DNA from: Hyaloraphidium curvatum SAG 235-1
Lineage: Eukaryota > Fungi > Monoblepharomycota
Assembly: GCA_025558095.1 (NCBI GenBank)
Contig: JAIVFI010000010.1
Coordinates: forward strand, 496,001 to 560,000
Reading direction: 5' to 3'
DNA length: 64,000 bases
Part shown: positions 1 through 11,164 of the stretch, piece after piece
Layout of the letters: each line of letters begins with the position of its first letter
How positions within the stretch are numbered: the first letter of the stretch is position 1
The notes under the pieces: model-generated
The model's input: only the letters and a program-made list of their open reading frames with translations
Database searches by the model: none
Told to the model about the DNA's origin: nothing
Made by a program: the position numbers and the translations under genes

Positions 1-1148
1 CAGAAGAGGGTGCACCAACTCGCTCGACGCAAGCGAAGGCCTTGGAAAGAACGGGGCGCAAACAACGGAGGGCGTTGCGCCCGGGCAGCCGCAGCCGCTC
101 CCCCGCTGCCGCCCAGATGGAGACGATGCCGGCGCGAGCGCCGTGCGGGGCTTTCGCGGGCCCGAGGAACCGGCGCGGGCCTGTGTTTGGGCGAGGATTC
201 GGGGGTTGTTGTGATGGTGAACGCACGTGCTTGAAAGTTGAAGTACATCCGGCGATCTACCATCTCGCATCCTCGACCCCGAACGAGCACCTGGGGAAAC
301 CACGTTGGACAACGTTACGACTGGTTCCCGGTCTACCATGCCGGGATTCGCGCAGGTAGAGCGCGATGCAGCTCAGGCGCAGTCCTCGGTGGATGCGGGT
401 GCGGGATCGAGCGATTTGAGATCCCAGGCCAGGAAGAGCGCGACCCCTCGGGAAGTAGCCTCCGCGATGGCCTCCAATTGCGGCTCAGCGCCCGAGCGAA
501 GTCCGCGCACGGTCGCAGATCCTTCTGCGGTCGCACATTTCTGCTGCGTCGCCACTTCGCGCTGCCCAGAGCTTGAAGATCCAGAGCCCGTAAGCGCCGG
601 AGCCATGGATTCGGCGACGCGTCACGGAAATGCTGCCGCTGACCGGGAACGCGTAGGCAGCCGAGGGGATCGGAGCTTGCAGCACCACCGCGCACTTCCG
701 CACAGCACACATTCTAATGCTGGAGCGATCCCCAATTCGAGGAGGCATTTGTCTAGACTTGCAGGAAATCCTTTGGTGGTCGGACGTTCGATCCCCGGGT
801 GGAGGTGGTGGGCGGTTGCCGGACACGGTGGAAGATCCTGGGTACGAAAGGCATTTTCGAGGCGGATAAGAGAAGCAATGGTTGAGAAATGTATTCCTGC
901 CACGCGGGGAGAAGAGACCAGAATTCGGAGGTGAGCAACAGACTCTCCAACTGAGCTCTCGAACTTAGCTCTCGAACTGACGCATCCTGAAACAGCCATC
1001 ACCAATCGAACACAGCCTCGTTGGCACGAATGCGGTGTCTGGCCCGTCGCTCTTTTGTGTGTCCGGTCGGCGCAACTTGCCGAACGTTGCGGAGGCAACC
1101 AGCCTGCTCGAATCCAGCCTCGCACATCAGACCGCCTCCGTCCTCCGA

Positions 1149-2420
1149 TCACCGGCGGCTTCCGGTTTCCACAAGCCGCACGCGGATCAAGTGATCGCTG
1201 GCCAGGACGCGGAGGCCTTGCCGTTCCCAGGCTTCAAAACGCCCCGTTCCGAGGTTGGTATCGATGTTGTAGCGGATGCTGCGGTCGTCGAGCTCCTTCT
1301 TTGCGCGGATCAGCCTGTCCTTTGCCTTCGTCGTCACGGCGGGATCGATGCAGAGGAAGCGGGACAGCTTCGGCATGGCCTCGATGATACCCTGCAGCCA
1401 CTCCATCTTGAACCCGCGCGAACGGATCTCGAGCCAGCGGAGATGCGGCACTGCACCGGCAGGCAGGGCCTTGAGGGCGGCGTACGCTTGCGCCTCGCCG
1501 CTCCTTCTTCAGCAGGTCGCGAATCTGTCCAAAGAAGAGCTTGCCGGGCTGGAAGAGCCCGTTCTTCAGAGAATCGCCCAGGATCATAGCTTCAAGAGCC
1601 GGCAGCTCGGCAACCTGTCGCAACAGCGTGCAGAGCCCCTCCATGCGGTCGGCATCGATGGGCACAATGAGCTCCAGGCTGACCAGGGCGGCCGGCAGCA
1701 GGCCGACGATGCCGACATCGTAACAAGACGCGAAGCGGACGGTCGAGAGCGAGGCCCACCAACGAACGTGCAGCGACGCAAGCATTCTCAGAAATCCACG
1801 ATTCTTCGCTCGTAGTCAGCGACTGCAGCGGCAGTGCCCGCACGGCGGCCATCTCGAGGGCAGACAGCATCCGCCCGGCGACGTTGAGGCGCCGCAGGCT
1901 CCGGAAACGCGTCAACGCAACGCCGACTTCCCCGGCATCCGGCTCGACCCCGGCTGCAGCACGTGCGGGCGACAGCGGCATCGCAAGCTCGTCGAGATCG
2001 GGCCGCACGAGGGCCAAGACCGTGCCCAGCGCGACGCGTCCCAGCTCGCAGTCTCCCACGTCCAGCATTCGCAGATGTGTGCCGCAAAACTCCAGCAATG
2101 GCGCAAGATCCGTGACGTGGCCGCCGCGGTATGTGACGGAGGACACGGCGCCGCGCGGTACGGGCGCATCCGGTCCGCCGTGCTTCCCGCGCGCCGGTCC
2201 GCACCACGCCACGCAGCGTTCCGCGCCCCGCCCGGTCGGTCGCGTCCACGTGCGCCCACACGGCCGGCCAGGCTGCCGCGAGCAGTGCAGAGTGCACGCG
2301 CAGCAGCACCGCGGCGTCGCGGCGCGGCAGCTCGTCCAGCACCATTCGCAGCACCTCGGGCGGCAGCTCGAGCAGCGGCGGTATCGCGCGCGCCTCCGCT
2401 TCAGTCAGGCGCGATCCCAT
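1149..2420 (-). pseudogene. F-box-like/LRR-like protein, disrupted copy
   Basis: N-terminus LLELPPEVLRMVLDELP is F-box-like, followed by LxxLxL repeats. Split over several ORFs. Versus the right copy it has small deletions near 2196 and 1755 and a net ~160-bp deletion near 1490. Confidence 0.75.
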
Positions 2421-2696
2421 TTGTGCCGGCGATGCAGTGACTTCGCCGAGCAGCGCTTTGACAGCTGCGAAAGCAGCTCCGCGAATGATTACGGGCCTCT
2501 GCCGCGATCACGCCGGACTTCCATGCACTGCTTCAGAGATCGTCTCGGAAAGCCGCTCCTTCGTATCCATTGATAATACAGCCTCGACAACCCAGACTTG
2601 TGCAACACGACGTTGGTAAAGCGGACATCGCATAGATTCTGAAGTAGTGACGGCTTAACTCTATTGTTCTGATCTACATACAGAGATGATCTTGCC

Positions 2697-3845
2697 GGTG
2701 GGCCCAGGGCAGCTGCGCACCCCGGTGCCTCCTAGCCGAAAGGCAGGAGGGTCGAGCGGGCGTGCGCGCTGGGGCCGAAGCCGCAGAGGTCCCCCGCGGA
2801 CCGCCCCCTTACCCATTCTTGCGCGTGCCTGCTGGAAAGGCCGGTTCTTCGCGGGTCCGGAGCAGCTGTGCACCCCGGTGCCTCCTAGCCGAAAGACAGG
2901 AGGGTCGAGCGGGCGTGCGCGCTGGGGCCGAAGCCGCAGAGGTCCCCCGCGGATCACCCTCCTACCCGGTCTTGCTCTTGCCGAGGTCGGGGCGCTGCGC
3001 TGTGTGGAAGGGCGGAAAGTTAGAATGCGGCAAGCCGGCCGCCTTGTGCTTGAGGGCCGAAGGTGGTCGCTTGGAGCCGGTCTCGGACGACTGATTGCCC
3101 GCCGCTCGCCGGCGCGGACAGTCGGGGCTGAGCCCATCGGCCGACTCCACATCCGACACTTGGCCTTGCCGCCTTGCCGCTTGCCTCGGAGCCGGTCTCG
3201 GGCTGCACCGTCCCCACGACGCCGCGCCGGACGCGTGGTGGAGGGTGCCGGGCAGAGCCCGCCGGCCGCAGCCGACCCCACATCCGACACTTGGAGATGC
3301 TGGATTGCTGGATGCCTTGCCACCTCGTCGACGGATGCGGATGCGGTGCGCTGCGCTGCGAGGAGGGTGGTGGTTAGTATGCGGCAAGCTGGCCGCCTCG
3401 TGCTTGAGCTTGACGTTGGCGCTTGGAGTCGACCTTGCGCGCCTTGCTGTTGGGCCCAGGGCAGCTCGCGTCCCCACTGCCGCCCGCGCCTTGCGGCGGG
3501 ACGGATCACCGGGCGACGCTGCTGGGGCCGAAGCCGCAGGGATCCTCCACGGACCACCCCCCTACCCGGTCCTGCCGCCCTGCCGCCCTGGCGTCCGATC
3601 GGCCTGGAGGGAACGCAATATTAGCGCGATATCTCTGCGTTGATGCGTGCGCACCTGCCTTGCCGTGCGCCCCCACGCGTGGACGGCACCCCCCCTCCCG
3701 ACGCCCTCCCAAACAATGGGCCGTGCGCCGCCGCCAGCGCCACCCCGCGGGCGCCCCGCCGCGCACGTGTCCGCCCGTGCACGGGCAACAGCCGGGGGGC
3801 ACGCCGGCCCGGGGCGGCGGGGCGCGGGGGCGGGGGAGGGTGCCG
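2697..3845 (-). ncRNA. Putative modular structured RNA / hairpin array (left copy)
   Basis: Three A modules (two in 153-bp tandem at about 2700-2975, one at about 3450-3580), two B modules and two C hairpins. Reverse complement of the array at 16811-18354. Confidence 0.45.
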
Positions 3846-4347
3846 TTGATTGAGGTCGAAATTGGGCAGGTCTCAGATTCGGATGCCGCCGGCTTATGTA
3901 CTTCTTAACCCAGCTCTACCCTAGCTCATCGCGATGCGGCGAATCGAGTACTCTCCACAGCTAGCTCGCTGCCCGGGCTGCCGCCTCCGGGGGGTCACGC
4001 ATTTGCATTCGCCCTTTTTGGCAGCCGTTTGAGCCCCCGGAACGGGCGCCCCCCGCCCTGGGAGACAGGGCGGGCTCTCCATCGATTGAAGGCGGATTGC
4101 GATATTTGTCTCTGCGCTCATTACCAGCGCTTAGGAGAGTGCGATGCCCGCCCGGCAGCCGCATTGCATTTCAAATGGAAGATGCTCGCTCTGCGATGAC
4201 AGCTCCCGGACTAGCGGACGTACGCGGACAGTTCTCCGACACTGCAGGCCTCATGAACAATCGCTTCATAGTCATAGGTATTACATGATGGCCACGATAG
4301 TCAGCTCGCAATGTCCATGTCCATATGTGCCATAAACAGACCCGAAA

Positions 4348-4650
4348 TCAAGGCCACGAGATGAGGGCGCCGAGAGTAAGCAGCACGGGGACCCATGCCT
4401 CCTCGATCCAGAGCAACCTGCCCGTCGAGCTTGGCCTCGCGCTCGTCGTCGTCAAAACCGCCACTGGCGAGCCCGACGGCGTGGCCGCGGTCGTCGGCGT
4501 CCCCGTAGGAGAAGCGTCTCCGCCGCCGTCGCCCCGCTCGCCCTCGTTGGCTCCTCGGCACCGAAGTCGGCGTCGCTCCCAACCCCGCCGTCGCCATCGG
4601 CACGAAGCTACACTTCTGCTGCTGCAGCCCAAGCGCGGCGACGTTCCGCC
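4348..4650 (-). pseudogene. 3' fragment of a Ser/Thr-rich, possibly GPI-anchored surface protein
   Basis: SPTGTPTTAATPSGSPVAVLTTTSARPSS followed by hydrophobic tail WVPVLLTLGALISWP*; no credible 5' part. Confidence 0.35.
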
Positions 4651-4689
4651 ATCCTCGCCCTGCGCGCCGAGCCGCACCACTGCCGGACA

Positions 4690-4911
4690 ATCAGCAACTG
4701 AACACAGCCTCGATTGCACGAAACCCGGCGCCTCGCCAGTGGCATCTTGTGGCTCGTCGCCGAATGCTCACGGACGGTGGAGGCAAGAGGGATTTCGAAT
4801 GGATGGCTCCCTGCTGTTGGACGCCCAGCAGCGGATCCCGCGGCGGTCAAGCTCATTCTTCGCCCGGATCGGGCAGTCCTTTGCTTTCATCGTCACGGCA
4901 GGATCGACGCA
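4690..4911 (-). pseudogene. Third, diverged fragment of the F-box/LRR gene 3' end
   Basis: Minus strand reads CVDPAVTMKAKDCPIRAKNELDRRGIR versus CIDPAVTTKAKDRLIRAKKELDRRGIR in the right arm; gaacacagcctcg at about 4700 matches about 1008. Confidence 0.75.
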
Positions 4912-4952
4912 TTAGAAGTGAGCGACTTTCAGCAAAGCCTACGGGGCCATTA

Positions 4953-6200
4953 TCAGAAGCGTCTCATCCATTGGCCGTCGAGAAGCTCTTTCCACTTGTA
5001 AACCCAACTGGATGGCCCAAACGTGCGAGTTCCCCATAGTGCGATGGCTGTCCCGTCGCCGCAATTGACAATTTGCAACCAAGATCGTTGCGGCACGTAG
5101 GCTGCGAAAGTGTCGGGCGAGTGGCCTTCGACCGCCCGCAAAACGTTCGCTATCAGCGTCTCGGCTTGACGAACGGCGACAACACCAGACTTCGGCAAAT
5201 CGAGTCTCACGAGAGACCCGTCGGGCTCCCGAACCAGCAGCTGTGCGCAGTCGCCGGCCGCAAAACAGGTGGCCGGGTGAGCCACGCTCGTAAGCGTGCG
5301 GTCGACCGCGACAAACCCCTCGGGAGTCAGAAAGCCCAGCGCAGCAGAGCCTGTCCGTGCCTGATCAGCAAAAAATGGGTGCGGCATGACACCCGTTGCA
5401 AAGACAACAACGTCCGCAGGGATCGTTTTTGGGGTTCCAGCGGCAGAGCACTCCAAGACGCCATCAGAGAGCCGGTGCACCTCGACACCGCACGCAACAG
5501 AGATGCCCAAAGTCCCCAGCTTGTAGCCAATGACACGATGTTCGATCTCGTTGGATCGCGAAAGAACTGTGATGCTGACCTTGCCAGCCAGCGGGCCTCG
5601 GGACCACCGAGCTCGCAGCGCCATAGCCAGCTCGCAGCCCCCTAGCCCGGCTCCAACCACGACGCACGTAAAGACAGTCCGTTCATTGGCTGACAGTTGT
5701 CCAGTCATCGTCTCCTCCCGCATGTCGAGCAAACGCAAAAGTTCCACGAGAGGACGAGTTGGCAACACGCTGCCCAGCGCACCGGGAATATCGTGCAGGC
5801 CACGTGAGCTGCAGCCCACATCGATGCAAACAATATCGTAAGAAAGGTCCTGCACCTGCGGCGGCGCGTGTTCCGAGAGGGTCCCGTCCACGCCATGTCT
5901 TATCCTTGCCGTCCTCGCCGTCGCATCGATCGCCTCAACCGATCCCAGAACAAAGTGGAACAAGACATGGGGATTCGCGGTCGAAAGGAGTTTCGGGATC
6001 CGAATCTCTGCGGAAGCCGCACTCCCGCCCGAAATGCAAGATGGAACGCGTCCCGAGTACAGCACGGATTCGGTGGGGTTGACGAGCGTGACCACGAGGT
6101 CTCGCGGACCTTTTCCCGGTCGCCATCGCGCCAGCGCCTGAACCAGCTGTATATTGGCGTGGCCTGCCCCGAGGACTAGGATGTGGAGCGACGATGACAT
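4953..6200 (-). CDS. FAD-dependent pyridine nucleotide-disulfide oxidoreductase, similar to the N-terminal domain of SelD fusions; intronless
   Basis: Motifs ILVLGAGHA, YSGRVP, YDIVCIDVG, VVVGAGLGGCELA, FAAGDCA, PKSGVVAVRQ, YVPQ, WKELLDGQWMRRF. The ATG at 6200 is preferred because the upstream ORF extension lies inside a MITE. Confidence 0.85.
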   Translation of the reverse strand: MSSSLHILVLGAGHANIQLVQALARWRPGKGPRDLVVTLVNPTESVLYSGRVPSCISGGSAASAEIRIPKLLSTANPHVLFHFVLGSVEAIDATARTARIRHGVDGTLSEHAPPQVQDLSYDIVCIDVGCSSRGLHDIPGALGSVLPTRPLVELLRLLDMREETMTGQLSANERTVFTCVVVGAGLGGCELAMALRARWSRGPLAGKVSITVLSRSNEIEHRVIGYKLGTLGISVACGVEVHRLSDGVLECSAAGTPKTIPADVVVFATGVMPHPFFADQARTGSAALGFLTPEGFVAVDRTLTSVAHPATCFAAGDCAQLLVREPDGSLVRLDLPKSGVVAVRQAETLIANVLRAVEGHSPDTFAAYVPQRSWLQIVNCGDGTAIALWGTRTFGPSSWVYKWKELLDGQWMRRF

Positions 6201-6226
6201 CCGCGGGGACTCGCGTCGCCGCAGAC

Positions 6227-6676
6227 TAGGCTGGCGGGCATCAAAAACATGGGCATGCCATTCATGGGCATGCCCATGGGCACCGATCTCTGATTCCTTG
6301 CCCATCCGTGCCCATCCTTGGGCGGCCGTGGGGGAGCCTGATCTGATGCTTCAACCAGGGGTTTTGGATCACGCCTCATACAAGATGCCTACAAGATCGG
6401 CGAGGACAGATGGCAGGCTAGGCCACAATAGAACTCCACTCAGTCCGAGCCTCAATCTCTTCTTATCGTTGTGCATAGTGTTAGCACAAGTGATGATCGC
6501 TCACGTGTGATCGCCGCTGCGACTCAGTGCCAAAATGTCTTCAATAGGGCCGTGATGAATCACCTTCTGCTACTGGGCACTTGATGGGCATGCCCATTAT
6601 GGTGCCCATGGGCACAGCTTGAGGGGATGGGCATGCCCGTTGGGCACCGGATTTTTGGAGCGTGCCCGCCAGCCTA
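6227..6676. mobile_element. 450-bp non-autonomous hAT-like TIR element (MITE)
   Basis: Perfect 14-bp TIR TAGGCTGGCGGGCA (6227-6240) / TGCCCGCCAGCCTA (6663-6676); 8-bp flanking duplication ccgcagac/ccgcggac (7/8 match); clustered subterminal ATGGGCA/TGCCCAT motifs at both ends. Confidence 0.88.
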
Positions 6677-6701
6677 CCGCGGACTCAATACTAACCATCA
6701 C

Positions 6702-9700
6702 TCAAAACCTGACAAACTCCAGGAACGCAGGTCTAGCTAAGTAGGCCGTGGTGTTGCGAACGAGAACCAGGTTTCTCCATCGGCGACTGCACGAGACCTG
6801 TCAGCCTGGATGCCAGGGACGGTCCAAGAACCGACCTACCTGTTCCCTGTCCCGAAGAGTTCCGCCAAACCCACCAACGAGCATGCTCCGATTGCCTGTC
6901 CCCGCCCTGCGGAAAGCGAGTAGCCACCGGTGGTGATGTAGCCAATCGCTCGGTCATCCGACGGGGTAGTAACCGACTGAACCCTGGAAGCCAAACGTTC
7001 CTCTGCTTCGAACAGTTGCGCCAGCTCCTCGAGTGCATCCAGCGTCGCGGGGGTTCGCTCTGCGTCGCCGGCAACAGCACGCTTTCCGCCCTTGTCCAAA
7101 GCTGCGGCCAGCTCTTCGTACTCGGAATCCGAAGGCCGGTAAATCACGGCGTTCTTGCTGGGGAGGCCCTTTTCGCAGTACTTCAGACGCACTGCTACCA
7201 AGGCGGTGTTCCATAACTGTTTGTCGGCGGGAAGTGTCGACTTCGAAGAATCTGTGTGCACAGCACCTTTGAGGGATGTGCTACACGCCGCAACGACGGC
7301 CTCGAAGAGAGAATCGTCTGCTCCGCTCGCTCTTTGTGTGAGCACTCGCTGAACGACGTTCAACAGCTTCTGGCTGTGTAGCATCCAGGGCGCCGAGTCC
7401 TCGCCGAACATTTCGTGCACGGTCCCGCCATCTGCGCAGGAAGAGTCCTCCTGATTGGCAATCCGAGTCACGCCGGCCCAGTCGGGCAGAAAAGGATGAG
7501 CGACTCCAAGCTTGGCAAAGTTTGTCCGCTTCGCGACCGGGGTCCGCTCCCAGTGAGCACGTTTTTGGTCAGCAACCTTCGAAGCCGAAGCCTGCTGTAC
7601 AGGGTTCCCAACGAAGTCTGTGGGGAAGTAGGGCACGCAGTTCGATTCGAAATGCAAGCTTTGCTGCTCTCGCAGGCCCGACGGCTTGCAGTCCAGGAAT
7701 GCCAAGGATTTCCAGAATGCCATTCCCCACCCGGCGGGAACGACAATGTCCCAGCCGCTTCCAAACGCCCCTTCGCTTGTTTCGACCGCGGCGTCCGGTG
7801 TCGGCCCTAGCTGAAATCCGCGCCGCTGGATCAGGAGGATTGGTATAGCTGCATCCCCTTCCCCGAATCGCAATCTGGTGCCGGGAACAGCGTTCCTCCG
7901 TCTCCGTTCGTTGAGGCTCTTTTCTAAGACCTTTCCTTCGAGAAGCTGCCTTCGCCGTTCGCCAGACCAAATATCCGATGCGGCAACATGCCCAGGCCAG
8001 GATGCCCTGAGGCGCTGCAGAGTCTGTGTCGGAGTTTCGGAGGTTCCGGAAGAAGCTTCGCCCTTCTTGATCTTTTGCGGGAACGTCAGGCGCGGGTCCT
8101 GCACCGTCAGTGCCAGAACAGATCCTTCCAGCAGCGCATCTGTGCGCGAACCCAATGAGCCCAATGAAGTCCACAAGTTCGCAGCGACGGTCGCCGTTCC
8201 CGCCACTCGAAGATCAGGTCCCTCCGATTCCAGATCGCTTCCCTTGCCGACGATTTCCAGCAAGCTCCTCAGAACGAGCGTCGACCGCGGACCGGTGAGC
8301 CTGAAGCGAACGAGCTCTTGTTGCAGGTTTGTTACCGTCACCGCGAAGTTGCCAGGCCGCTGGCCTCCAGTCCGCAATGTGCCAATCGCCACATCTAGGG
8401 AATTCAATGCCCTGTCCAAAGTTGCCGGATGGATCCACAGCCACAGTTGTCGCTCGCGACATCGGATCAAGCGCCGCGCATCATCGTCCATACTCTCTGG
8501 GTCGATAGTGCGTGGCAAACCAGGCACGGGGTTCCGCGTGCTGTTCCATAGAAAGTAAACAGGACCTATGGGCCTCGAAGGAAACCCTCCAGGAGCTTCG
8601 TAGAGCACGGTAGAGCCCTGCCGGGCCCCAGCCGTGTAGACTTTGGAACCCAGTCCCATCGCTTCCGTCGGATCCATAAGCAGCTCCATAACTTTGGCAA
8701 CGTCCTCCCGCGAACCCTTCAGCTCAATGACCGGCCAGTACGACATGTCGTGAACGATGCAGCCAGTCCGCGCATATCTGTACATCGAGCGGCCTGTCTT
8801 TTCGTTCGTGTGTACGGGTATCTTGAAACCCCAGAGCGGATCCATGTGAAAGCGCTTTGCGTGCCACACGTGGGTCTCCAACCACTTGAACTGGCCTGCA
8901 AGGGAGTCAATCACGAACCAGAGGGACGGGAGCTCGCTCGACACCCACCTTGGCGTCGCAGGAATTCCTGGGCGCGAGGCAGCTTGCTTTTCTTCTTGCG
9001 TTTGGGCGGGTTCTTCACCTCCTTTGGCGGGTTCTGATCCTTCTGCGCCTCCCTGATTGCGCGTGGGCGATGTCGAGGAGGGAGGCGCTTGATGTTGTGG
9101 CTCGCCGCGCGGCGTCGAAGTGTGCGCGGGATCGACTGGAAAACTCGCACTGTGCCCGTGAACTCGCTAGAAAGCGCCAATCAGTAGGTGCATTAGTAGC
9201 CGGCTGAAGTCAAGAAGGCCCACGTGCTTTGAGTCAGGGCCTTTTCCATGGCGTCGATTTCATAAGCCCTGGCCTTGACAAAGTCCTGGACGTTGATAGC
9301 TCGGAGGTCTGCGACTGAGTCCCCGAGACGGTATCAATGATGTGCACTAGCAGATACCCATCATCTCGTACGGACCACTGGGACTAGCGTCTGCCGCCAC
9401 CGGTTGCGGCTTTGGAGTAGCGGCATGGAAGCGTGCTGCACGAGCGAAGGGCTGTCAAATGAAGACTCACGCGTCGACAGGCACTGTGCTTGCCTTTCTT
9501 TCTTGCTTTGGAAGTCTTTTCGTCCCTCCAGTCCGCTTTCCGCTTTGTTCCGTGCCCTGCTGGCCCTCCTTTGGGCTCGCGGGTGCCAGCTTCGAGACCC
9601 GGAACTGAGCCATTTCCTCCACCTCCCCCAAACGGCCTTCCAGCAGCGGACGCTTTCGAAAGGTCCGGCAATGCCTGGCTCTTCGAATATCCGGAACCGC

Positions 9701-9722
9701 CCCGCCCTCCCGGAGCCGACAT
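6702..9722 (-). CDS. POP1: RNase P/MRP protein subunit Pop1 (multi-exon)
   Basis: RVFQSIPRTLRRRAASHNIKRLP, WLETHVWHAKRFHM, HDMSY, GWDIVVPAGWGMAFW, IGYITTGGYSLSAGRG; last exon LVLVRNTT..RPAFLEFVRF* ends at 6702. Confidence 0.93.
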
Positions 9723-9865
9723 GGAGAACGCACGTCCCCGTGTGTACACGCGTCGATCAATCAACGCCCGGCGCGGCCACCAGGCGGCCGTCGCTTTTTC
9801 GTCGTTCCATTGTTCTACGTCGACAAAGGGTCTATCTAGGGTATGAAAAAAAGAAAGAGGGTATC

Positions 9866-11022
9866 CTACGAACGATCTTGACCAGCCATCATGCCCCGCG
9901 CTTGCTCGTATACCCCGAGGAAGATGGCGCCTCCCAGCGAGATCCACATCACTCTCGGGCCGAGGCCGCTGAGCAATGCCCCCGGACCTTGCGACCGCAA
10001 AATGGTGGCGAAAGCGCGGCCCGCAGTCGCGTAGCTCGGATCCGACTGCAAGATGACAAGGATCAGGAGGCGAAAGAAAGAGCAAAGGGCGAGTCGGGGC
10101 TTGCCTTGGACGAGAGCATCGTCCTCGTCTTGATCACATCGAGCGGCGTCGTCAAGCCCGCAGCGGTGCCTCCTGCAACCATGCCGCAAAGTCCTGCCTC
10201 CCAAGACGCAATGGCGCGTCCTTTGCGCGCCGCCCAAACGAGCTGAAAAGCGATCACGTCGGCAAGGCTTTGCATGCAGCAGGGACGTTGCTGACCTTTA
10301 GCCGCTCGTAAAGAGGAAACTGGATGCAAGCGAAGGGTATCTGGAGGGAGATGAAGCATGAATGCTGGCACACGGGGGGCTCCAGCGACTAGCAACCTCG
10401 CGAAAGACTGTGATTCCGAAGCCCCGGTAGAACCCCGCGATCCCGGCCGAGGAAAAGATGGAGGAGAGCGCGCTGCCCAGGGATCGGTACTGTCCAGTTT
10501 GCATGCGCTGCTTGACGACCTCGGTTGGAACCCTGATTAGGCAGGCGGCCTTTCGGGAAGTTGGCTTTGGCGGCCTCAGGATGTAAGAAGGCGAACTAAC
10601 CACTTCTCCCCCAGACGCAGCAACCAGGTGGGTGGCCGGACTTTCCGGCCCAAGATTCGGCAGCATATGCGGCAGCTGCCGTTTCAAGAGCTCATAGGAA
10701 GTGAAGAAAAGGCCCGCTGGAAACCGTTGGTGACCGACTCTGTCCGTCTCCCTCGGAACCTGAACCAACCGGAGGGCGCGGATCCTATGAATGCAGAAGA
10801 TAGGCCCGAGTAGACGCCGCGGAAGCCCCCGGCCTTCCAGAAGCCCTGCGGGGACTGGAGACGCGTCTTGAACGTGTCCAGCGGAAAGAGGATGGTGTCG
10901 ACGGCCATCCCGGCCATGGCTCCCGCCTGGTCGTAGTTAAGGCCTTTTGCATAGCAAAGATCCGTTCAAGGACGTACGAGGAGCGCCTGCCGGGATGTCA
11001 GGCCGCCGGGCGCGCCCGACAT
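9866..11022 (-). CDS. SAM5: Mitochondrial S-adenosylmethionine carrier (multi-exon)
   Basis: Three carrier signatures: [48 protein letters not shown]; C-terminal [21 protein letters not shown]. Confidence 0.9.
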
Positions 11023-11164
11023 GTCTTTGTTTACTACGCCTTCGCAGGCGTTCCTGCAATTTCTCCAAACTCCCCGCGCCGAGCAAGCAACATCGAGCAG
11101 AATAAGCATCAATTAAATGGTATGTACATGCACAAAGCCGCTCGCTGTGCTTGACCCCCGGGGA

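Larger units (their letters stand above)
169..4114 (-). repeat. Left arm of a large inverted duplication (partner 16540-21045)
   Basis: ORF 753..950(-) is identical to ORF 20252..20449(+), and ORF 3647..3853(+) is identical to 16802..17008(-). Degenerate similarity runs out to about 169/21045 (accggcg..tgtttgg..gattcgggg..tgtgatgg) and in to tttgtctctg at 4105-4114/16540-16549. Edges are approximate. Confidence 0.92.

Noticed and set aside
2661-3908. Long Arg/Pro/Ala-rich ORFs over the repeat array (also 16498-18381)
   Set aside because: Open on both strands because of very high GC; indels between the arms do not preserve frame.
8895-8950. Apparent frameshifts in POP1 and other housekeeping genes
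   Set aside because: Resolved by short GT-AG or GC-AG introns where checked.
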